Source: Macrostomum lignano (taxonomy: Eukaryota). From it: a DNA stretch of 64,000 nucleotides. A program made the translations under genes and the position numbers. The notes beneath the pieces were generated by a model. That model did not search any database. It saw only the letters and a list, made by a program, of their open reading frames with translations, and had not been told where the DNA came from. The stretch covers positions 124,001-188,000 of the forward strand of contig NIVC01000121.1 in NCBI GenBank assembly GCA_002269645.1, in the 5' to 3' direction. Position 1 is the stretch's first letter. The number at the start of each line of letters is the position of its first letter. Shown here piece by piece: positions 37,905-47,890 of this stretch.

Positions 37905-39103
37905 CAGTAGAACTACCAAGAGGGGGGGGGGAAATTCCCTCCCCCCTGACAACCTTCTGCTGCGCCGGAACGGAGCAACGCAGGCACACGAAATTCAAGA
38001 ACACGGGCTAACTTCCTGCTGCGCACCCTCTCAAACAAGAATCAAGTCGCCAGCCCTCCGGACCGTCGAGATACTCGACGATTCTGCCAGAAGGTCGGGT
38101 TTTGTGCTAGTGTATTCAGTACACCCCTGTGCGCCAATTAGCACTCCGCCTCAGTGCAGCCTTGCCAAGTCTCCAAATTTCATCAGCACGTCGACCGGTC
38201 GACACATGTGTCTGCATCAGTTCTGACTTCGTTGGTTCGTTGGTTGGTCAGGTTTTTCTTATCAAGCTTCAATAATGGGCAAACCTCAACTGCCGGACAT
38301 TCTCAGCTGGTCTCTCGAGCCTTCAGTCATCACCCCGACGCCGTCGGGGTTTGCAGTTGAGGTTTGCCCATTATTGAAGCTTGATAATAAAAACCTGACA
38401 TATTTGCAACAGGGTGTCCATAGTCACCTGGTTTAATCTGTTGAAGGTGCCGACGGCGTCGGGGTGATGGCTGAATGCTTGACTGACTAGCTGAGAATGT
38501 CTGGCGGTTGATTCTTGCCCACTGTCGAGGCTTGATCGGCGAAACTAGAGAAATCCGCATCAGGGTTTCATATCATAGGCACCAGGTGACTATGGACACC
38601 CTGTTGCAAATATGTCAGGTTTTTATTATCAAGCTTCAATAATAGGCAAACCTCAACTGCAAACCCCGACGGCGTCGGGGTGATGACTGAAGGCTCGAGA
38701 GACCAGCTGAGAATGTCCGGCAGTTGAGGTTTGACCATTATTGAAGCTTGATAAGAAAAACCTGACCAACCAACGAACCAACGAAGTCAAAACTGATGCA
38801 GACACATGTGTCGACCGGTCGACGTGCTGATGACTTGGCAAGGCTGCACTGAGGCGGAGTGCTAATTGGCGCACAGGGGTGTACTGAATACACTAGCGCT
38901 TATGGGAAAAATCCGACCTTCTGGCAGAATCATCGAATATCTCGACGGTCCGGAGGGCTGGCGACTTGATTCTTGTTTGAGAAGGTGTGCAACAAAAAGT
39001 TAGCCCGTGTTCTGGAATTTCGTGTGCCTGCGTTGCTCCGTTCCGGCGCAGCAAAAAATTGTCAGGGGGGGGGGAATTCTCCCCCCTCTTGGTAGTTCTA
39101 CTG
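37905..39103. mobile_element. Foldback (long inverted repeat) non-autonomous element, piggyBac-related termini
   Basis: Arms ~37905-38430 and ~38580-39103 are reverse complements around a ~150-bp spacer. Termini CAGTAGAA...TTCTACTG are followed by TTAA on the right. It shares GAATC.T.GAATATCTCGACG with the piggyBac TIR. Confidence 0.85.
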
Positions 39104-40214
39104 TTAAAAATGGCTGGGCATTCCTACTGTTAAATAGATAGGTAAAAGCCTATTAAGAGATTTAAAAAAGATAGTAAGAAAAATCTAAAACGATGTTTAA
39201 AAAATGACTAGAAATCAGTGATACGCTCGTAAACATGCATAAACGCGTTTGGCCAGGTTGCATTTATCAGTATTAGAAAACTCCCGTCGCTGAAGTGTTA
39301 GTAGAAATATTCTAATACTGGTAAATGCAACTCTGGTTTACACAATTTTTAAAGCATTAATAAAAACCAAATGCGCACGGCTTGCAAACATGGGTTTTTG
39401 TGCGATAGGAACGGAATAGTATCCTGACTTTCTAGACAACTGGTCTGATAAAATAGACCACGGATGCCATATCCAAACCTTTTCGCGCCGGAGCTAGAAA
39501 TACAAAAGCTCCGTTCCTGACGACATGATCAGCAGGGCTGACCATAGACTATAGCTAGCTAGAATCTTAATGCGCCCCTGTGCAAAGCCTTTCTAGCCGA
39601 GAAGGTAGCATTTTATACTTGGCTTGGACAAATCTTGGGTCGAAAAAAGCAGTTTCAAAGTGCATTTCACTTAATGCTCACTATATAGATTATGCAGTGT
39701 GTACCACAGAATATATTCTGTGGTGTGTACACTCGATATGTAGCTATAGATTCTACAGTTTCACTTTAAAATCTGCAAACAGGCCTTTTTGAAAGAGAAA
39801 GCACTGCACCTACTTAATACCAGTAGTGCATCATTTTTATTAAAAAGTAAATCAGCTACAACCATGGAAATTTTGCATGCATCGGATTCTGAGACTGATG
39901 ATGTCATCACAGAGAATGCTGAAACCGAGTCGTTGCATTCCATTGCAGATAAGTAAGACTTTTTTCACCCATTTTTCGTATGATCGGCGCTGCTGACCAT
40001 GCTCGGCAGGAACGGCTACTGTGAAGCACATAACTTTTCTTTTACCATTGACTCCAAAAAATTACCAGCAGTAAAGGCTGTTGGTCCATGGTCAGCAAAA
40101 GAAACCTCAAGTTTGCAAAAAGGGATATAAAATGCACTTTCTGGTCGACAGTAAATACGCATGTAAGAAGACGTGAAAGTAAATTCTAAGCATCATACAT
40201 CGACTCGATTCGTA

Positions 40215-40340
40215 GAAGTTCGGTAAGTTCATCTTGAAGTTCGGTAAGTTCATCTTGAAGTTCGGTAAGTTCATCTTGAATTTCGGTAAGTTCATCTTGA
40301 ATTTCGGTAAGTTCATCTTGAATTTCGGTAAGTTCATCTT
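40215..40340. repeat. 21-bp tandem repeat (GAAGTTCGGTAAGTTCATCTT) x6
   Basis: Directly visible; a single unit-like sequence at the paralogous site 11055-11075. Confidence 0.93.
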
Positions 40341-40752
40341 GAAGTTTATCTTTAAGTTCAGTTCAGTTAAGAGAAAAAAGCAAAAACAAAACATTGACCG
40401 ACTGACCAGAAAGCACAAAATATACCCTTTGAAAGTGCAATAATAATTATATAAATTCATAACCATAAATGCAATAAAAAATACGATGTGGCATTCAAGA
40501 AGTCCGGGGTACTTCTGCTCGAGATGCAGCATTAGGAGTTTTACGATCACAATTGAAATTTCATCGTTCATTTAATCGTGTGCAGATTGTAAAAAAGGTG
40601 CACAGTTGGTGTGTTGCGTGTCTACTAGCTGCAGAACTTTTTGAATGCCTCTCCTAATATAAATGAAATAAATATATCAATAAATATATAAAAAGATAAA
40701 TAAAATAAAAATCTAAAGCATTTGATTTATTATGCTTTTAAAAACTGCTAGG

Positions 40753-41002
40753 TGCCGACTCAAAAAAGCGTGCCAACTCAAAAAAGCGTGCCAACTCAAA
40801 AAAGCGTGCCAACTCAAAAAGCGTGCCAACTCAAAAAAGCGTGCCAACTCAAAAAAGCGTGCCAACTCAAAAAAGCGTGCCAACTCAAAAAAGCGTGCCA
40901 ACTCAAAAAAGCGTGCCAACTCAAAAAAGCGTGCCAACTCAAAAAAGCGTGCCAACTCAAAAAATCGTGCCAACTCAAAAAAGCGTGCCAACTCAAAAAA
41001 GC
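40753..41002. repeat. 18-bp tandem repeat (TGCCAACTCAAAAAAGCG) x~14, overlapping the stop codon of TRAF copy 2
   Basis: Directly visible; a single unit at the paralogous site 11458-11475. Confidence 0.95.
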
Positions 41003-42817
41003 GCCGACTTGGCCACTTGTACTTTTACAAACAGCGTATCATCCTTCAGGAAGCCCTTGGGCTCCAGGTCGTCCTTCGGACAAAACTGCTCAAACCCGAA
41101 CACCTGGCCCGTTGGCTGCGATGGCCGCTGGAACTGGGACGACCCGTCTGGCACAATGTGCCGCGTCAGATGGTCAGACGGTGAGCTCTGGTTCATCAGA
41201 GTGAAGCTCACCTTATTTTTGAACGGCCAAGTCAGGGCGGCATCGTAGGGGCCCTTGTTGATTCGGGCGAACAGGCTGATGTGACTGCCGCGGCCTCGGC
41301 CCTGCCCGTTGAGATGGACCACCGCTGACAGCTTGTAGCTGGGGGAGGGGGTTGTTTATAGTGGGTGAATGTATGGCTCGCTGATGTCAGAGTAAGGCAT
41401 ATATAAGTTAGCAGCCCAGGCTCGATTCCGAAGTGCAGTCACATTGATTTGGGAATAAATTGAAATCTGCTTGGCTCCAATCGTGCAATTAACGGCCATG
41501 AGGTCAACCCCCCCCCCCAGGCACAGTGAAGTGTACATGCCTAACGATAAATAAAGTTAGGGCCGCTGTACACCGGTGTGAGTGTGTGCCTGTGCGTATG
41601 ACTGCATACGTATCCGCGCGTTTGTGTGCCTGCTCAGGGGAGTCGGAGGAATGGGCAGCAATGCCTCTCGCGTCTCGGTTGTGACAATGTCGCTTAAAGT
41701 GCGCGAGGGTGCACACAGCCTCCCTGCCTAATGAAGAAAAATGTCAGTCAGCTCACCCGAACTTGTCAGTGAACAGCGGAGGCGAAAACAGCACGGGTTC
41801 ATAATCAGTGCTGGTTGTTCTCTCTTTAAAAAAAGGAATTTTCCATACAAGAGTGCCGTCACTGCTGCCAACCTCATGCAGACTGATGCTGCGATCCAGG
41901 TCGCATATTCGAACTTCCTGTGGTAAGGAGAGAATACTGATCTGATGACAGCAGGCACCAGGTAAACATAATTTGCGTGAATTGATGTTTATTAAAGGAT
42001 GACTCAATAATGGAGTGCCCCTGTGCATCCGATGATCTTACAAACAATATAAGGAAGCTAAATAACTGATTGACTAACTAGTTAGCTAGCTCTAATTGAC
42101 TGACTAAAAAACCAGCAAAATCAATGGCAAAAATGATCAAATATTTCGGTTACAACAAAACTAACGAACCTTAAGCGACATGGCGCACAGAAGTTCCTTG
42201 TAGACGGCATCTCCAGCGCTAAGCTCTTCGTACTGGCGCTGCATCTGAGCCTCGATAGCTCGATAGGTCACAGCCAGCTTCTTACTCATCAAGTCGCGCT
42301 GCTTGTCCAACTCATCTGGGGCAATGCGCGAGAATCTCATTCTCTCGAAAAACTCCGCCTGACCACGCGGATCGCTGGTCTGCTTGGGGTGCTCCGGATA
42401 GCCAAACTTCTCCAGATTGTACACCAGCTCGGCTTTGTCAAATAAATCTTCAACTATTTTCATTTCCATTTGCAAGGTTGAAAAATTCGAAGCGGAAGGC
42501 TGAGGGTACGAGTGGATTTAAATTGACATTTGACTTGACTTGAAACAACTTCAAACTTCTGCATGGATTGTGGAGAGCTAAAGCAGTCAGACGCTAAGCT
42601 CAAACTCTGAGAATATAGCTGAAAGCTGGTTAAACTGCCAAATCAACCATAAATAAGATTGGTTTACCAACAGTGCTCACCTCCGAACCAACAGCCCCAG
42701 GATCGCCAACTTCTTGACTTTCTGAGCACTGAGTACAAAGCTTTAGCTTTAGCTTTAGCTAAGAGCCTATCAGTGTGCAAGACTACATATGCCTGGCAAT
42801 GCTCCTCAGCATTGGAC
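40993..42817 (-). pseudogene. TRAF paralogue lacking RING and most zinc fingers (pseudogene or RING-less isoform)
   Basis: Exons 42499-42170 (in-frame 9-bp deletion), 41917-41757 and 41338-40993 are open with intact splice sites. The exon-1 remnant 42817-42681 carries a +4 frameshift and runs directly into the 24-bp array. Confidence 0.8.
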
Positions 42818-43797
42818 TCACTCTCCATGGCTGTCCCTCTCTGACTCTCCATGGCTGTCCCTCTCTGACTCTCCATGGCTGTCCCTCTCTGACTCTCCAT
42901 GGCTGTCCCTCTCTGACTCTCTAAGGGTGTCACTCTTTGACTCTCCATGGGTGTCCCTCTCTGTTCCTCTCTGCCTCTCCATGGGTGTCCCTCTCTGACT
43001 CTCTATGGGTGTCCCTCTCTGCCTCTCCATGGGTGTCCCTCTCTGACTCTCCATGGGTGTCCCTCTCTGACTCTCCATGGCTGTCCCTCTCTGACTCTCC
43101 ATGGCTGTCCCTCTCTGACTCTCCGTGGCTGTCCCTCTCTGACTCTCCATGGATGTCCCTCTCTGACTCTCCATGGGTGTCCCTCTCTGACTCTCCATGG
43201 GTGTCCCTCTCTGACTCTCCATGGCTGTCCCTCTCTGACTCTCCATAGGTGTCCTTTTCTAACTCTCCATGGGTGTCCCTCTCTGACTCTCCATGGGTGT
43301 CCCTCTCTGACTCTCCATGGGTGTCCCTCTCTGACTCTCCATGGGTGTCCCTCTCTGACTCTCCATGGGTGTCCCTCTCTGACTCTCCATGGGTGTCCCT
43401 CTCTGACTCTCCATGGATGTCCCTCTCTGACTCTCCATGGGTGTCCCTCTCTGACTCTCCTGGGTGTCCCTCTCTGACTCTCCATGAGTGTCCCTCTCTG
43501 ACTCTCCATGGGTGTCCCTCTCTGACTCTCCATGGGTGTCCCTCTCTGACTCTCTAAGGGTGTCACTCTTTGACTCTCCGTGGCTGTCCCTCTCTGACTC
43601 TCCTGGGTGTCCCTCTCTGACTCTCCATCAGTGTCCCTCTCTGACTCTCCATCAGTGTCCCTCTCTGACTCTCCATGGGTGTCCCTCTCTGTTCCTCTCT
43701 GACTCTCCATGGGTGTCCCTCTGTGACTCTCCATGGGTGTCCCTCTCTGACTCTCCATGGCTGTCCCTCTCTGTTCCTCTCTGACTCTCCATGGGTG
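42818..43797. repeat. 24-bp minisatellite, array 3
   Basis: Directly visible; same unit and strand as arrays 1 and 2. Confidence 0.97.
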
Positions 43798-45429
43798 TCA
43801 GTCTTTTAAGTTAAAACTTTTGTATTAACTTAAATAGAACTAAATAGAAAGTTTTTTGGCTTTAAATTTATTCTGGGGCATTCAAGCCATGATCCTGAAT
43901 ATGATAGGTTAAACTGAAAGTAAAACAGCCAGTAAAATTGTAAAAAATAGCCCTTCAAGTTTATTAGTTATAAAAAATAACAAGTTTTAAGTAAAAGTGG
44001 CCTTTGAAATTTTCATTAATAGAATAGCTGAGCATTTTAACCTGCACACAGTACAGTATACAGACTATATGGAAATCACGAGTGTGAAGTTTTGACAAAT
44101 TTACAAAATCTTGACTTGATCTTAATGACTTATTTAATGACAAAATCTTCATAAAAACAAAAAACTATGCACTTTTGTTAGGGTCTAGGGATATGATTCC
44201 TATGCACTAAAAATGAAATGTTGTCTACTCACCTGCTACATACTTTCATTGACAAATAATTTATAAATTCGCTTACTCAAACCTTTCGTTTCAAACAATA
44301 TACCGGATGATGCACCTTGGTGTGCGAAACGCGTCGAAAAAACCACATGTTGATTTTCGGCTTTCTATTTATTTTAAATGTTGTTAGGTAGGCGACGGAG
44401 GTCTAGGGCCTACCTACAAGCAGCGCGATTAAATCGATTTAAAAGATTACGATCATGGAAGAAGCAAACCTTGGTTAATTGACGACGCTCAGGAACATGG
44501 AACCAAAAATTAAATTGAATAGGAACGTCATTTTACGACTATATTGATCTGTTACTACAGGGTTAGTTTAACAAAATGTTGATGAAAATTACCCTCGTAA
44601 TTACCTACTGTACTTTACTGTACGGCAATTTTAATCGTAATGTTTCTTTATAAATAATGTTTTAAAAAATATAAAGCAGAATAATTTCCAATTATGTACC
44701 AGAACTGACGCGCGTTAAATTGGTTTGTATAGTGTAGTAATTGAGTTGACAGTTTAGAATTTGACTCTCCTATACTAAACACTTAGATTATTAGAATTAC
44801 CTAGACTTAGCTCGTAGATTAATTTATTTTAAAACTAAGTCATTAAGTAAGATTCTGTGGTGCCTTCTACTATTCAGGGGTCCATGGTCTGGCCAAGGAT
44901 TTCTCTATAACTAGAACCTGGATGAGAAACCGAAGTAAAAAAATGTGTGTACTTGTGTACCAACTTAGGCCTTCTGCTAAAACATAGAATTCTAGATTTT
45001 AACATCTAGAATTAATATCTAGAATTCTATGACTAAAATGTATATTTTGCTGGGGAGACTCAATCTGTTCATCTCTCCCTTACCCTTTCTTCTCTTCCCA
45101 TAACCTTCGAACACTGTTGGGATCTAAATGACTCATTGTGAGTTTTTTTGACAGCAGGGGAATGGACGTACAGAAGTTTGATGGGGAAGACTTTTTTGCC
45201 CTTCAGTTTTTTATTTGTTGATAGAATATTCATATTCATAGCAGAATGTACGCTCATCAAGGACTGGCTGAATAATTTTGCGAGTACAAGTACAAGTTTT
45301 GCGAGTAGTCGCTGCGAGTACATTCTTCGTCAGTCTTCTTCTACAGCAAATAAATTTGACAGCCAAAGCTTGAAAGCCCTTTGAATTTTTAACGCAAATA
45401 TACGCCACTACACTATATCATCAAATCAT

Positions 45430-46040
45430 CAACAAGAATCAACAACAAAAATCATCAACAAGAGCGACTATAAAAGCGAGCTTCTTCCTTCAAGAGTGAC
45501 TGCAGTCTGCACTCGTTCCTAATCTTACGTGATGAGGCGCTGAAAGCCAAGTGGATAAGAGTAAACCCAAGAAAAGGCTCTGATGCTTCAAAGCACATTG
45601 AAATTTGTTCGTTGCATTTTGCGCCGTCAGACTTCGCCGAGGAGTGCCGCGACTCGAACCCACGAAGACGTAAGAAACACTCTCCGCTGAAATGCAGGTA
45701 CTTGAAAAATGGTGCCGTGCCCAGCATATTCTCAAAGCGCCGTCCTACTTGTCTAAAACTGTAGCGATCGAACGACCATCTGCTGCAAAAACATCTGCTT
45801 CTGCTCGACTTAAGAAGGAAGAAGAACGATTGGAGGTTCAGTGTGAAGCTTTTTCTGCTCAGTAACATTTGATGGTCCTGCTGATGGACAGGCGACGAAG
45901 CTTCCGCGTTTTTAGCAGTTCGTCTACCTTGGCGGTTGGGTTCCCAGCTTTGGCGAGGAATTGCGGCATCGCCGCAGGCTTGCCTGGGCTGTATTTTGTT
46001 CTGTGAGGGCAGTCCTGCAGTCTGGAGTCCTACCTGACCG
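45430..46040 (-). pseudogene. Decayed tyrosine recombinase, DIRS-like retrotransposon remnant
   Basis: Minus-strand frameshifted segments MPQFLAKAGNP, GALRICWARH...VSYVFV and SAPHHVRLGTSA resemble the FxxK, (PV)xALRxY and HxxR motifs of DIRS recombinases. Confidence 0.45.
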
Positions 46041-46049
46041 CCAGAGGGC

Positions 46050-47890
46050 GTAGTTTCAGGCGGTGGTTGAGACCTTTCTGTTGTACAACGCCGAGACCTG
46101 GACGCTAACAGATTCGCTCGAGCAACAAGTTAACACGGCGCATGCTGGCCTTCAAGATCAGCTACGAGTGAGTGACCAATTGCGACATTGCATCACTGCA
46201 CCGGCCTGGTCCGTCCAAGCGACCTGTTGCGCCGTCGGCGACTCCAGCTGGCAGGCCATATCTTCCCGCACCGAGTCGTACTGCCCACAACCGGTGCAGA
46301 AGGTGCTGCTGCTGACGCTGTAGGCACCCTACCGGCGGGGCAGGCCCACAGAATATACACAGAATGCTCAATCACGCTTTTTGAGAAAATTTCTTGCACA
46401 AGAATTACATTCTATACTAGCTACTCTTGTTGTGAAGAAAAACAAAGAAGGCTGAAGGCTGGTTTTCAAGCCAATTCTTTGCTATTTATTGCTGGTTTGT
46501 CCGTCCCAGACGGCTTCGTGAGCGGCGCTTACCATTTGTATATTTTAGCAGAGCATATCACTCTTTGCATATGAAGATGAAGATGATATGCACTTCTGAC
46601 CATAGGCAAATATTATGTACGTATGTGCCCATAGATTAAAACAGGGCTTTAATCTTGCTAGGCAAGCCAGCAGAAAGAGAGGTTGAGACCCATAGTAAGC
46701 ACCGCAAAAGATAATAAATCGCATCGGACTATTCTTGTCGTCTTGTTAAAGTGCAAAGTCAGCTTCAATGACAGACGAGAGTGCCGAGAGGCCGTGGCAG
46801 TTTGCGATCCTTGTCTGTCAACCCCAGTTGTTGGGCCATCAATCGCAGACCAACAGCAACTGCGAGAACGACGGCAGCACTTTGCTGGGTGAATTTCAGG
46901 CCCATGTTGCAGCAAGTGCAAGTTCGCAGAGTCCTGGGTTGCAGGGCAATGATCTGATTTCAGCGGACTCCACTGCATCAACTGAGGAAGCTCACGACCT
47001 GCTTGCCAGTACATTCGGCATCATTGAGAGCGAGAAGTGCGCCTACATTGGGGGCTGGCTGCTTTTCAAGCTCTTCAAATCTGAGTGCAAGTGCGAGGGT
47101 CGATAGTTTGGAAGCGATGCGCTTTCTGCAGCTAAAAAATGGACAGGATGGAACTGGAAACCTGGTAATCCCCAAAAAGGCAGTCGATCAAATCTGCAGT
47201 TTGTCAGACGGAGCGCACTTTCACGACAACAGACAAAGCTGTTGGTTCTGAAGCGTGTGGGTCAACGGCTGCAATACAGTTTTTCCCGTTGTTCTTGCTA
47301 ATATTCACACGCACAGCTCGGATCACAGTGAAGGCTGCGCCAAGTTAGTGGCCAAGGTGTTTGCCAGAATTCGCCTGCATCACTGGTGCAACAGTCAGAA
47401 GGAGCTCGCTCAGCAGAGAAAGCGAGGGCGCACGATAGGAATGAAGAGAACTGAAGAAAAGAAGCTGATGCGAATCAGTGCTGCTTAACTGCCATTTTAA
47501 GATGCGAATGAATGCATGCTGTTTGATCCTGGAGTTTTAAAGGTTCAAGTTTTGACTTCCCAAATGACTGACTGGTTTCTGCATTTGATCCTTGTAATTT
47601 GTAATAGGATCTATTACTGCTTTTGCTACTTTTTGCAAAATTGTTCTTCTCTAATTTATACTACTGGCCATACAACAAAAGTAGTGCGCACGAATTTTAA
47701 TTCGGTTGCATGTAAAATGCGTTATTGACCATTCTGTGTAAATTCTGTGGGCAGGCCCGCACTTGGCGTTTCGTCGACTGCATGCTGGCTGACGCCGGTG
47801 CCCCGGATTTGGCCGGCGGCGTGGCATTCGTTCGCGACGTCGACCTGGCCTTTGAAGCGAGCCCTGTAACGTATAAAGTATTCTGTTGTT
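46050..47890 (+). mobile_element. 3' fragment of a non-LTR retrotransposon (RTE-like RT C-terminus), split by a DNA transposon
   Basis: VETFLLYNAETWTLTDSLEQQV, LRRRRLQLAGHI and VLLLTL...RRGQA, resuming after 47757 as RTWRFVDCMLADAG. Confidence 0.7.
46347..47749 (+). mobile_element. P-element-like DNA transposon, internally deleted, 8-bp TSD
   Basis: TIR CACAGAAT(A/T)TACACAGAATG at both ends; TSD GGCAGGCC at 46339-46346 and 47750-47757. Internal degenerate peptides NSNCEND, CAYIGGWLLFKL..CKC, LQLKN..GNLVIP and FARIRLHHWC resemble the P/THAP9 transposase C-terminus. Confidence 0.8.

Larger units (their letters stand above)
34430..42817. repeat. Same-orientation segmental duplicate of ~9170-14142, expanded by insertions
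   Basis: Colinear matches: 10055/36355 (CCAAACTTTGACTGCTG), 10240/37598 (AAATCTCAAATCG), 10745-10870/39258-39392, 10960-11200/40115-40510, and TRAF exons 4-2 plus the end of exon 1. The left boundary is approximate. Confidence 0.85.

Noticed and set aside
36381-43784. ORFs of 100-320 aa over arrays 2 and 3 and the KKRANS/LARFFE ORFs
   Set aside because: Same artefact: they derive purely from minisatellite units.
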